A DNA stretch of 43,822 nucleotides from Ilumatobacteraceae bacterium (lineage in GTDB: Bacteria; Actinomycetota; Acidimicrobiia; Acidimicrobiales; Ilumatobacteraceae). This document shows, in pieces, positions 27,324 to 35,744 of this stretch; position 1 is the first letter of the stretch; the number at the start of each line of letters is the position of its first letter. A program made the translations under genes and the position numbers. The DNA lies in the NCBI GenBank assembly GCA_040878255.1, contig JBBDMO010000008.1, forward strand, positions 1 to 43,822. Direction: 5' to 3'. The notes beneath the pieces were generated by a model. The model was given only the letters and a program-made list of their open reading frames with translations. It was not told the origin of the DNA and ran no database searches.

Positions 27324-28403
27324 ATGAAGGCTCTGATTCTCGCCGGTGGTGCCGGCACGCGGCTGCGGCCCATCACCCACACCAGTGCCAAGCAACTGGT
27401 GCCGGTGGCGAACAAGCCGATCCTGTTCTACGGCATCGAGGCGATGGTCGACGCCGGCATCACCGAGATCGGTGTCATCGTCGGCGACACGCGCAACGAG
27501 GTGATGGCGGCGCTCGGTGACGGTTCGCAGTGGGGCGCGCACATCACGTTCATCCCCCAGGACGAGCCGCTCGGCCTGGCCCACTGCGTGCTCATCGCGA
27601 GTGACTTCCTCGGTGCCGACGACTTCGTGATGTACCTCGGTGACAACCTGCTCGAGCAGGACCTGTCGGCGTTCGTGGCCGCCTTCGAAGCGGCCCGCAC
27701 CACCGCCGAGCCGCCCACCGCGCAGATCCTGCTGAAGCGCGTACCCGACCCGCACCGCTTCGGCATCGCCGAGCTCGACGCGGCCGGCAACGTCATCCGC
27801 CTCGTCGAGAAGCCCGAGCACCCGCCCACCGACCTCGCGCTCGTCGGCGTCTATCTGTTCGACCGCACCATCCTCGATGCCGTGCGCGCCATCGCCCCGT
27901 CACCTCGTGGCGAGCTCGAGATCACCGACGCGATCCAGTGGCTGGTCGATGCCGGATATCGCGTGCGGCAGGAGGAGCTCACGGGGTGGTGGATCGACAC
28001 CGGCAAGCTGACCCCGCTGCTCGAGGCGAACCGCCTGCTGCTCGAGAAGATCGACACGCGCATCGACGGCACGGTCGACGATGCGTCGGTCCTCGACGGA
28101 CGCGTCGTGGTCGAGGCCGGCGCGACGATCGTCCGGTCCACCCTGCGCGGCCCGCTGGTCATCGGTGCCGGCACCGTCGTCGAGGACAGCTTCATCGGCC
28201 CGTTCAGCGCCATCGGCAACGGTTGCACGGTCAGGCAGAGCGAGATCGAGCACTCGGTCATCATGGATGGCAGCAGCATCACCGACATCAAGCGCCTCGA
28301 GGACAGCCTCATCGGCAAGGAGGCCGTCGTCGCTCGCACGAAGGTGCGGCCACGTGCCCTCCGCCTCATGGTGGGCGACCACTGCCAGATCGACGTCGAG
28401 TAA
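27324..28403 (+). CDS. rmlA: glucose-1-phosphate thymidylyltransferase (long form with C-terminal hexapeptide-repeat domain)
   Basis: 359 aa from ATG 27324. It has the LAGGAGTRLRPIT signature and C-terminal left-handed beta-helix repeats. It is the first gene of the rmlACBD run. Confidence 0.85.
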   Translation: MKALILAGGAGTRLRPITHTSAKQLVPVANKPILFYGIEAMVDAGITEIGVIVGDTRNEVMAALGDGSQWGAHITFIPQDEPLGLAHCVLIASDFLGADDFVMYLGDNLLEQDLSAFVAAFEAARTTAEPPTAQILLKRVPDPHRFGIAELDAAGNVIRLVEKPEHPPTDLALVGVYLFDRTILDAVRAIAPSPRGELEITDAIQWLVDAGYRVRQEELTGWWIDTGKLTPLLEANRLLLEKIDTRIDGTVDDASVLDGRVVVEAGATIVRSTLRGPLVIGAGTVVEDSFIGPFSAIGNGCTVRQSEIEHSVIMDGSSITDIKRLEDSLIGKEAVVARTKVRPRALRLMVGDHCQIDVE

Positions 28404-28422
28404 CAGGAAGGCCACGACCCAC

Positions 28423-28974
28423 ATGGCGAACATTCGAGCCAGTGACCTCATCGACGGCGTCTTCACCGTCGAGCCATCGCTGCACGGCGACCAGCGTGGC
28501 CTGTTCATCGAGACCTATCGGCGCGAGTGGTTCCCGAACGGCCGCGAGATGATCCAGGGGAACCGATCGAACAAGCAGGCGGGCGCACTGGTCGGGCTGC
28601 ACTACCACATGCATCAGGCCGACTACTGGTACTGCCCCGTGGGCACCATCCGGGTCGTGCTGCACGACCTGCGCGAGGGCGGTCCCACCGACGGTGCCAC
28701 TTCGTGCTTCGACATCAGCGGCGAGAACCACATCGGCGTGTTCATCCCTCCGGGCGTCGCACACGGCTTCGCAGCGCACACCGACGTGGTCATGACCTAC
28801 CTGGTCGACTGCTACTACAACCCGGCCGACGAGCTCGGTGTGAAGTGGGACGACCCGGCCGTCGGCGCCGACTGGGGCATCACCGATCCGATCATGTCGA
28901 CCCGCGACGAGACCAACCCGTTGCGAGCCGACCTGCCCGTCGGCCGCCGGCCGTACTGGCCGATGCGCACCTGA
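28423..28974 (+). CDS. rmlC: dTDP-4-dehydrorhamnose 3,5-epimerase
   Basis: 183 aa from ATG 28423, preceded by AGGAAGG. The cupin fold carries HGDQRGLFIE and GLHYH motifs. Confidence 0.85.
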   Translation: MANIRASDLIDGVFTVEPSLHGDQRGLFIETYRREWFPNGREMIQGNRSNKQAGALVGLHYHMHQADYWYCPVGTIRVVLHDLREGGPTDGATSCFDISGENHIGVFIPPGVAHGFAAHTDVVMTYLVDCYYNPADELGVKWDDPAVGADWGITDPIMSTRDETNPLRADLPVGRRPYWPMRT

Positions 28975-29002
28975 TCACGACCCACACCAGAGAGACCGCA
29001 CC

Positions 29003-29968
29003 ATGAAGATCTTCGTCACGGGCGGAGCCGGGTTCATCGGCTCGAACTACGTCCGCCACATCCTCAGCACCACCGACGACGAGATCACCGTCTACGACTC
29101 GCTGACCTACGCCGGCAACCTCGAGAACATCAGCGACCTCGTCGACGGGGTGCGGTGCCGGTTCGTGCACGCCGACATCTGCGACCAGGACGCCGTGATG
29201 GCGGCGATGCCCGGCCACGATGCGGTCGTCCACTTCGCCGCCGAGACCCACGTCGACCGCTCGATCAAGGACGGCCACTCGTTCGTGCTCACCAACTGCT
29301 TCGGCACGAACGTGCTGTGCGACGTGGCCCGCCAGGTCGGGGTCGAGCGGTTCCTGCACATCTCGACCGACGAGGTGTACGGCTCGATCGACGAGGGCTC
29401 GTTCACCGAGGAGGATCGCCTCGGGCCCCGGTCGCCCTACTCGGCGGCCAAGGCCGGCAGCGACCTCATCGCGCTCAGCTACTTCACGACGCACGGCCTG
29501 CCGGTGGTGGTCACCCGCTGCAGCAACAACTACGGCCCGTACCAGTTCCCCGAGAAGCTCATCCCGCTGTTCACCACCAACCTGCTCGACGGGAAGAACG
29601 TGCCGCTGTACGGCGACGGTGGCAACGTGCGCGACTGGATCCACGTCCACGACCACAACACCGCCGCCGACCTCGTGCTCCGGCAGGGCACGGTCGGCGA
29701 GATCTACAACATCGGTGCCGGCAACGAGGTCACCAACCGCGACATCACCTACCGCCTGCTCGAGCTGTGCGGCCGCGACGAGAGCTTCATCACCCCCGTC
29801 GCCGACCGGCTCGGCCACGACAGGCGCTACTCGATCACGCACGAGAAGATGACCGCACTGGGCTGGCACTGCGAGCATGACTTCGTCGACGGCCTCGCCG
29901 ACACGGTCGAGTGGTACCGCTCGAATCGGGCCTGGTGGGAACCGCTCAAGGCGCGTGCAGCGCTGTGA
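29003..29968 (+). CDS. rmlB: dTDP-glucose 4,6-dehydratase
   Basis: 321 aa with GGAGFIGSN, HFAAETHVDRS, STDEVYG and SPYSAAKAGSD (YxxxK). Confidence 0.92.
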   Translation: MKIFVTGGAGFIGSNYVRHILSTTDDEITVYDSLTYAGNLENISDLVDGVRCRFVHADICDQDAVMAAMPGHDAVVHFAAETHVDRSIKDGHSFVLTNCFGTNVLCDVARQVGVERFLHISTDEVYGSIDEGSFTEEDRLGPRSPYSAAKAGSDLIALSYFTTHGLPVVVTRCSNNYGPYQFPEKLIPLFTTNLLDGKNVPLYGDGGNVRDWIHVHDHNTAADLVLRQGTVGEIYNIGAGNEVTNRDITYRLLELCGRDESFITPVADRLGHDRRYSITHEKMTALGWHCEHDFVDGLADTVEWYRSNRAWWEPLKARAAL

Positions 29969-29978
29969 TGGTGATCCT

Positions 29979-30833
29979 GTGAGAGTGCTGGTCACCGGCG
30001 CAGGCGGCCAGCTCGGCCGAGACACCGTGCTCGCCTGCGAGGCAGCGGGTGACGTCGTGTTCGGCATCGACCGGGCGCAGGTCGACATCACCGACCGCGA
30101 CGCGGTGTTCGGGGCCATCACATCGGTCCGTCCGGATGCGGTCATCCACTGCGCGGCGTGGACCGCGGTCGACCTGTGCGAGACCGATCCGCAGCGGGCC
30201 CTCGCCGCCAACGGCATGGCGGTTCGCCACGTTGCCGAGGCGTGCCACCGGGTGGGCGCTCACCTCGTCCACGTCAGCACGGACTACGTGTTCGACGGAT
30301 CGCTCGACCGGCCGTACCACGAGTGGGACACGCCCAACCCGGCCAGCGTGTACGGCAGCTCGAAGCTCGCCGGTGAGCGTGAGGCCGCTGTCCTCGGGCC
30401 AGGCTCGGCCATCGTGCGCACGTCCTGGGTCTGCGGCGAGCACGGCAACAACATGGTGAAGACCGTGCTCCGCCTGGTCGACACCAACCCCACGCTGTCG
30501 TTCGTCAGCGACCAGGTGGGCCACCCCACCTTCACCGCCGACCTGGCCCCGATGCTGCGACGCCTCGCCGTTGACCGGCGCAGCGGCGTGCACCACCTCA
30601 CCAACCAGCGTGCGGTCAGCTGGCACGAGTTCGTGCAGGAGATCGTGCGCCTGCTGGGCCGCGACCCAGCCATGGTGCTGCCCATCGTGACGGCCGACCT
30701 GCAGCCGCCGCGCCCGGCACCACGCCCGGCCAACAGCGTGCTCGACAACGCGGTGGCCCGGCTCAGTGGCCTGCCGCCGATGCGCGACTTCCGCGAACCG
30801 CTCGCCGAGCTCGTCGCCCGCCTCACCGCCTGA
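29979..30833 (+). CDS. rmlD: dTDP-4-dehydrorhamnose reductase
   Basis: 284 aa from GTG 29979. Contains VLVTGAGGQLG, STDYVFDG and SVYGSSKLAGE. Confidence 0.88.
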   Translation: MRVLVTGAGGQLGRDTVLACEAAGDVVFGIDRAQVDITDRDAVFGAITSVRPDAVIHCAAWTAVDLCETDPQRALAANGMAVRHVAEACHRVGAHLVHVSTDYVFDGSLDRPYHEWDTPNPASVYGSSKLAGEREAAVLGPGSAIVRTSWVCGEHGNNMVKTVLRLVDTNPTLSFVSDQVGHPTFTADLAPMLRRLAVDRRSGVHHLTNQRAVSWHEFVQEIVRLLGRDPAMVLPIVTADLQPPRPAPRPANSVLDNAVARLSGLPPMRDFREPLAELVARLTA

Positions 30834-30848
30834 CCTGTCGGCGCAGCC

Positions 30849-31496
30849 TCAGCCCAGCCCCAGCAACTCACGACACGGATCGAGGCCCTCGATGACGATG
30901 TCGTCAGTGCGCAGGTTCGTCTCCCAGTGCGCGCGCGACATGTGGAATCGCAACTGGGTGGCCGTCTCGCCGCGGCGAACCATTTGCTCGGTGCCCACCT
31001 GCGTGTAACCGAGGCGGCGGGTCACGCCGAGCGAGGGAGCGTTGTCGGCAAAGGCGGCGGTTCGTGCGGTCCTGGCTCCCATCCCGGCGAAGCCGAGGTG
31101 GAGCGTTGCCAGCCGCAGCGCTGTGCCGAGACCACGGCCCTGGTGCGCGACGCCGAGCCACGAGCCGGTCTCGAACTCGCCGAGCACGTCGAAGTCGGCG
31201 ACGCCGATGCTCGTCGTGCCGACCGCCTCACCGTCGACCAGCACCGCGAGGCCGAGGTGGAAGCGGCCAGGCTCAGTCTCGGCACGGCAGCGCCAGAACC
31301 ACTGCATCGTCCGTCGTTCCTGCTCGGGCGGTGCGACGTCGGTCCACGGCAGCGTGAACGGCATGAACGACGGATCGTGCACGCCCTTCGCGGCCAGCAC
31401 GGCGAGCTCGCAGGCGAGCTGGTCATCGATGTATCGCAGCTCCACCGTGGGTGTGGTGATCCGGAGATCGAAAAGTGGCCACACCGGATGCGTCAT
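30849..31496 (-). CDS. GNAT family N-acetyltransferase (RimJ/RimL-like)
   Basis: 215 aa from ATG 31496. It has an acetyl-CoA binding-type segment (HQGRGLGTALRLATL). The track ORF 30849..31946 carries a spurious N-terminal extension. Confidence 0.8.
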   Translation of the reverse strand: MTHPVWPLFDLRITTPTVELRYIDDQLACELAVLAAKGVHDPSFMPFTLPWTDVAPPEQERRTMQWFWRCRAETEPGRFHLGLAVLVDGEAVGTTSIGVADFDVLGEFETGSWLGVAHQGRGLGTALRLATLHLGFAGMGARTARTAAFADNAPSLGVTRRLGYTQVGTEQMVRRGETATQLRFHMSRAHWETNLRTDDIVIEGLDPCRELLGLG

Positions 31497-31711
31497 GCCA
31501 GAAGTCTTGCCGAGCAAGCCTGCGCGGGCGACCGCAATGACGGCGCCCCAGCCCGAGACCACCGGATCACCCGTGTAACAACACGTATGCCACGGGCCGG
31601 CGCGGGCCGGCACCCACCTCGGGGCGGTCGTTATGCGATCCCCGAAGGCGCGGTCCAGAGAGTGCAGTACCGCAGGTATGAGCAGATGACGCCGCTGCCG
31701 GTGCTCGGTCT

Positions 31712-31954
31712 TTAGGGTTCGCGCCCCGACCAGAACGTGTCGTCTCGCTTCGCGTCCGAGTGATCGAGGATGCCGAGGACGATGAAGAGGACGAACGCGA
31801 TCACGCCGCACAGGAAGCCAACAAAGCGCCAAGCAGTCCCCACGCGATTCGTTAGGAGCAGCGAGACCGCCGCAACCAACAGGACGAAAGAAGGGATAGC
31901 CAACCAGAGACGTCGGCGACGCCACGCGGGAGACAGGCGGGCCCACCCCTTCAC
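31712..31954 (-). CDS. small two-TM membrane protein, hypothetical
   Basis: 80 aa with a GTG start and a TAA stop. It has two clear hydrophobic helices and lies in a lower-GC stretch. The hydrophobic periodicity favours this strand over the antisense ORF 31770..32027. Confidence 0.5.
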   Translation of the reverse strand: MKGWARLSPAWRRRRLWLAIPSFVLLVAAVSLLLTNRVGTAWRFVGFLCGVIAFVLFIVLGILDHSDAKRDDTFWSGREP

Positions 31955-32040
31955 TCGGCGCCCCCTAGCCGCTGCGCTTCCACGAGCGCAGATTGCCCGA
32001 AGTGGGGCGGCGTGTCCAGCGATCTAACGGCAGATCGGTG

Positions 32041-32292
32041 TTACTCGCTCTTCGTCCGGAAGAGCCGCCAGGAGATGCCCAGCCAAAGAGCGATGGCGAT
32101 CAGCCAGACGACTGCGGCTCGAAGCGAGTCCCCGTCAGAGCTGGATGGAGACATCAACGCGTTCGCGTTCGGCTGGTACATGAACCAGCCGCCATCGGAT
32201 GAGTCCAACAACAGCTCGCACGCGGTTCGAGCGGCGACACCGAGTCCTGCTGCGAGAGCCAGCGACAACACGATGCGCTGAGCGAGGTTCAT
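32041..32292 (-). CDS. small two-TM membrane protein, hypothetical
   Basis: 83 aa with an ATG start and a TAA stop. N- and C-terminal hydrophobic helices flank a Ser/Asp-rich loop. It lies in the lower-GC stretch. Confidence 0.5.
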   Translation of the reverse strand: MNLAQRIVLSLALAAGLGVAARTACELLLDSSDGGWFMYQPNANALMSPSSSDGDSLRAAVVWLIAIALWLGISWRLFRTKSE

Positions 32293-32356
32293 CGCAACAT
32301 CATCGCACTTGCGCCCGATCAGGGCATTGAGCGCTACCTGGACCTGGTTGTGAGAT

Positions 32357-32375
32357 GTATCACGTTACGTCATAC
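32357..32375. promoter_or_regulatory. 19-bp imperfect palindrome GTATcACGT-t-ACGTcATAC, candidate antitoxin operator
   Basis: 8 of 9 positions match per half-site. It ends 7 nt before the antitoxin ATG and overlaps the -10-like CATACT at 32371-32376. Confidence 0.45.
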
Positions 32376-32382
32376 TTGTCGT

Positions 32383-32622
32383 ATGGCGAAGGCGATCTCG
32401 GTGCGATTGGACGACGAAGCGGAGCGAGCCCTGCGGCTTCTGGAATCGACCGGTCTGAGCCGTTCCGAAGCAATCCGTTCGTCGTTGCTCGCATCGGCGG
32501 ACCGGATGCGCCGGCGAAGCCAGCTGGCAGCCGAGGTCGCTGCGCTCGAGACCGACGAGGACGATCGGGAAGAGATGCTCGCTGTGGCATCGCTGATGGA
32601 GTCAATGCGTGCAGCGGGGTGA
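32383..32622 (+). CDS. ribbon-helix-helix (CopG/MazE-like) type II antitoxin
   Basis: 79 aa from ATG 32383. The N-terminus (KAISVRLDDEAERALRLLESTGLSRSEAIRSSL) is a classic RHH. An acidic C-terminal tail follows. It overlaps the toxin gene by 14 nt. Confidence 0.75.
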   Translation: MAKAISVRLDDEAERALRLLESTGLSRSEAIRSSLLASADRMRRRSQLAAEVAALETDEDDREEMLAVASLMESMRAAG

Positions 32623-32926
32623 CGTCTATCGGTTCAAGGTCCCCAAGGGCGTCGGCCACGAGCAGCAGGGCGGGCGCTATGGGGTCGTGGTCCAGTTCGA
32701 CGTGATGCTGCCCAGGTCGGTCGTGATCGTCGCTCCGACCTCCCGAAGTGCGAAGCCGGCCTCGTTTCGTCCCGAGGTCAAGGTCGCCGGAGAGCTGACA
32801 CGGGTCCTCGTTGAGCAGTTGGGCGCAGTCGATGTGCAGCGGCTCGGACGGCGCGTCGGCAGGCTTACGGCAGAAGAGATGTGGTCAGTTGACGATGCCC
32901 TCGTCGTTGTTCTCGGATTGGACTGA
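32609..32926 (+). CDS. MazF/PemK family type II toxin endoribonuclease
   Basis: 105 aa with a GTG start. The pattern RGDVY...GHEQQGGRYGVVVQ...VIVAPTS...FRPEV...EQLGAVDVQRLG matches MazF/PemK. Confidence 0.8.
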   Translation: MQRGDVYRFKVPKGVGHEQQGGRYGVVVQFDVMLPRSVVIVAPTSRSAKPASFRPEVKVAGELTRVLVEQLGAVDVQRLGRRVGRLTAEEMWSVDDALVVVLGLD

Positions 32927-33029
32927 CCGAGCCGAACTGCCTGATGGAGAGTGTCGGGGGGTGTTGAGCGACGGCTGAGCGGATCGGCTCAGGCACATCG
33001 CCAGACAAGAGGCCTGAGAGACTGACGCC

Positions 33030-33782
33030 GTGGCTGCTCCGTCTCAGTTCTACACCGGCCTGGTCGCAGAGCTGTACGCCGCGCTGCGGTCGGCCGATCC
33101 CGATGTCGAGACGTGCGAGCGATTCGTCGCGCGTAGCGGCACGCCGGCGTTGGAGCTGGGATGCGGCGACGGCGATCCGCTGCTCGAACTTCGGCGTCGC
33201 GGGATCGATGTCGAGGGCCTCGACTCGTCGGCAGACATGCTCGACCGTTGTCGCGCACGCGCTGCGACGATGGACCTCGACGTGACGCTGCATCACTCCG
33301 AGATCGAGAACATGGTCATCGGTCGACGATTCCAGTCGATCTTCCTGGCCGGACCGACCTTCAACCTCATCGTCGATGATGCAACGGCTGGCCGAGCCCT
33401 CGAGCGGATCGCTGCTCACCTCGAGCCGAACGGGGCCGCCCTGATTCCGTTGTTCGTGCCACCGCCCATTCCGACACAGGACATCGGTCGCGTGAGCGAA
33501 CGCATCGCGGATGACGGTCGCAGGCTGAGGTGCACCACCATTGCAGCTCAACGCGACGAGACCGAGCGGCTCCAGACAGCAACGCTCCGTTACGAGCGGG
33601 TCGAGTCCGACGGCACTCGATCAGCCGTTGACCGCGAGTGGACCCTCCACTGGTACACGCCCTCGCACTTCGCCGAGCTCGTCGCCGAGGCCGGGTTGCG
33701 CCCGATCCGGGTGGTCGGGACGGACGGTGCCCCTGCCGGGGAAGCGTCGACCGGGTTCGCGTTCATCCTCGGTCACGCCTGA
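33030..33782 (+). CDS. class I SAM-dependent methyltransferase
   Basis: 250 aa with a GTG start. It has SAM motif I (ALELGCGDGDP), then an acidic post-I residue (GLDSSADML) and a motif II-like FLAG. Confidence 0.8.
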   Translation: MAAPSQFYTGLVAELYAALRSADPDVETCERFVARSGTPALELGCGDGDPLLELRRRGIDVEGLDSSADMLDRCRARAATMDLDVTLHHSEIENMVIGRRFQSIFLAGPTFNLIVDDATAGRALERIAAHLEPNGAALIPLFVPPPIPTQDIGRVSERIADDGRRLRCTTIAAQRDETERLQTATLRYERVESDGTRSAVDREWTLHWYTPSHFAELVAEAGLRPIRVVGTDGAPAGEASTGFAFILGHA

Positions 33783-33804
33783 GGCGACCACGACTGCAAC
33801 TGGG

Positions 33805-34596
33805 TCAGTACGCGGCGGAGGCAAGCCGATCAGCCCGCTGCTGCTCGGCCATGGCCGCGATCTCGTCGATCTCGGCGGTGTCGAAGCCGGCCATCTCGCG
33901 GAACCGTCGGGCCAGGCGGATCCCGGCGTCGCGGCTCTCGCTGCGCATACCGCGGAAGTTGAACAGGCCGTCGACGGTGCGCTGGAACTCGAGTGCCTGC
34001 TGCTGGCGTGTCGCGTCGTCCTTGGTGAGTTCGCGCAGCCACGTGCTGCCCATCTTCACGTGGGTCACCTCATCGGCGAGCATCCAGTCCTCGGCGAACC
34101 ACAGCACCTGATCGGCCATCTCGTTGGCGAAGTCGCGCATGGTCGTGAAGACGTCGATGGCAAGGCCCTCGAGTGCCCGGTTCACGCCGGCGAGGCGGAA
34201 CACCGGGTCGGGGTGGCACGCCGCCTCGAACAGCGTGACGGTCTCACTGAACTCACCGATCTCGGTGCCCATGTGCTCGCCGAGCATGACGCTGATCTCT
34301 ACATGGCGCGCCTCGTCCCAGCACTGTCTGGCCATGTCGAGCTTCATCGCGAAGGGCGTCTCGGCGGTCGTGTAGTCGAACGCCGTCCGGCCGGCTCCCT
34401 CGAGTGCCTGGATCTCGCCGACGAAGATGCCGTGAATCTGGCGTCGGGCGTGGTCGGGGGAGTGTTCGGCTTCGGGGTTCATCCGCCGTTCCTCGCCGAC
34501 GTCGTTGGGGCGCTGGTCGGCGAACCGTTCGGTCGTGGTGATGCGGTTGAATCGCTCGTCGCGGGCGAGCGAGGTGGGCGGCAACTGGGTGCGCAT
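33805..34596 (-). CDS. DUF455 / ferritin-like (putative di-iron) protein
   Basis: 263 aa from ATG 34596. ExxH-type pairs (EARHVE, DEVTHVK) sit in helical repeats, as in ferritin-like DUF455/MiaE-like proteins. Confidence 0.7.
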   Translation of the reverse strand: MRTQLPPTSLARDERFNRITTTERFADQRPNDVGEERRMNPEAEHSPDHARRQIHGIFVGEIQALEGAGRTAFDYTTAETPFAMKLDMARQCWDEARHVEISVMLGEHMGTEIGEFSETVTLFEAACHPDPVFRLAGVNRALEGLAIDVFTTMRDFANEMADQVLWFAEDWMLADEVTHVKMGSTWLRELTKDDATRQQQALEFQRTVDGLFNFRGMRSESRDAGIRLARRFREMAGFDTAEIDEIAAMAEQQRADRLASAAY

Positions 34597-34602
34597 TCCA
34601 CG

Positions 34603-34608
34603 ATCGTA
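34603..34608 (-). promoter_or_regulatory. -10-like hexamer TACGAT, 6 nt upstream of the DUF455 ATG
   Basis: The minus strand reads GTCTACGATcgtggaATG. Confidence 0.3.
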
Positions 34609-34664
34609 GACCCGCGCGGATGCCGCTGAACAGGGTGAGCGCCGTCGGGTGCGGCTCAACGGCC

Positions 34665-35744
34665 ATGATGTCACCCGTGCGTGTCGCCTACACCCTCGAG
34701 CAGTGCTGGCACGCCGTGCCCGGCGGGACGGCCGTGTCGGCGCTGCGGGTCGCCGAGGCCATGGACCACCACGACGACATCCGCCTCATCGGTGTCGCCG
34801 GCCGCCACAAGCACTTGCCGCCCGACCCGTGGCTGCCGCCGATCCCGGTCGCGTACCTCCCCATCGCCGCTCCATGGCTCTACCAGACCTGGCTGCACCT
34901 CGGGTGGCCCAAGGTCGAGCGGGCCGTGGGGCGCGTCGACGTCACCCATGCCACCGGGTTGATCCCGTGCCCCACCGACGCGCCGCTGGTCGTGACGTTG
35001 CACGACCTCGCGTTCGTGCACGAGCCCACGCACTTCTCGAAGCACGGTGTGCGTACCTTTCTGAGCAGCCTCGAGTACATCCGGCGGCATGCCGACGTGG
35101 TCCTCTGTAGCAGCCAGGCGACGCTCGACGATGTGGTGTTCGCTGGTATCGGCGCCGACCGCCTGCGACTCGTGCCACTGGGGGTCGACGCCGAGCGCGC
35201 CACCCCCGACGACGTCGCCCGCGTCAGGTCGCTGTTCAACCTGCCCGAGCGATACCTGCTGTTCGTCGGCACGCTCGAGCCCCGTAAGAACCTCCGTGGC
35301 CTCACGGCCGCCATCGGCCTGCTCGACGAACCGCTCCCGCTCGTGGTGGCGGGTGCCGACGGCTGGGGTGATCTCGACATCGACCCGGGGTGCGACGTCC
35401 GCTTTCTCGGTTTCGTGCCCAGCGAGGACCTCGACGCGCTGTACGCAGGCGCCGAGGTGTTCTGCTACCCCAGCGAGCGCGAGGGGTACGGGCTGCCGGT
35501 CCTCGAGGCGATGGCGCAGGGCGTCCCGGTGGTCACCAGCGTCGGCACGGCCACCGAGGAGACCGCCGGAAGCGCCGCGGTGTTGGTGGAGCCGAAGGAC
35601 CCCGCCGACATCGCCCGGGGCATCACCGAGGCACAGCGACGGCACGCCGAACTGTCGGCCAAGGGCCTGTCGCGCGCCCTCAAGCGGAGCTGGTCCCACA
35701 CGGCATCGCTCACCGCGGCGGTGTACCGCGAGATCGCGCGATGA
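34665..35744 (+). CDS. glycosyltransferase family 4 (GT-B fold)
   Basis: Contains FVGTLEPRKN and the E-x7-E motif (EREGYGLPVLEAMAQG). I chose the start at the ATG-ATG pair at 34665. ATG 34620 is an alternative. Confidence 0.85.
   Translation: MMSPVRVAYTLEQCWHAVPGGTAVSALRVAEAMDHHDDIRLIGVAGRHKHLPPDPWLPPIPVAYLPIAAPWLYQTWLHLGWPKVERAVGRVDVTHATGLIPCPTDAPLVVTLHDLAFVHEPTHFSKHGVRTFLSSLEYIRRHADVVLCSSQATLDDVVFAGIGADRLRLVPLGVDAERATPDDVARVRSLFNLPERYLLFVGTLEPRKNLRGLTAAIGLLDEPLPLVVAGADGWGDLDIDPGCDVRFLGFVPSEDLDALYAGAEVFCYPSEREGYGLPVLEAMAQGVPVVTSVGTATEETAGSAAVLVEPKDPADIARGITEAQRRHAELSAKGLSRALKRSWSHTASLTAAVYREIAR

Larger units (their letters stand above)
31497..33029. other. lower-GC islet (two small TM genes, mazEF-like TA pair, flanking non-coding DNA)
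   Basis: Hand counts of individual 60-nt lines give about 50-60% GC (for example 32341-32400 is 30/60 and 31801-31860 is 36/60). Most other lines are clearly higher. Both small TM genes end in TAA. Confidence 0.45.

Noticed and set aside
30849-31496. The GNAT acetyltransferase as a TacT-like toxin of a GNAT-RHH toxin-antitoxin system, given the nearby RHH gene.
   Set aside because: The RHH gene is clearly paired with, and overlaps, the MazF gene. The GNAT is about 900 nt away on the other strand, has high-GC core-like composition, and looks RimJ/RimL-like.
32975-32992. Stem-loop CTGAGC-ggatcg-GCTCAG after the MazF stop, considered as a terminator.
   Set aside because: The stem is only 6 bp and there is no U-tract, so it is not distinguishable from chance in GC-rich DNA.
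31497-33029. Calling the lower-GC islet a mobile element.
   Set aside because: No integrase, transposase, tRNA target or convincing flanking direct or inverted repeats were seen. The only shared word I found in the two flanks is a 7-mer (GAGAGTG).
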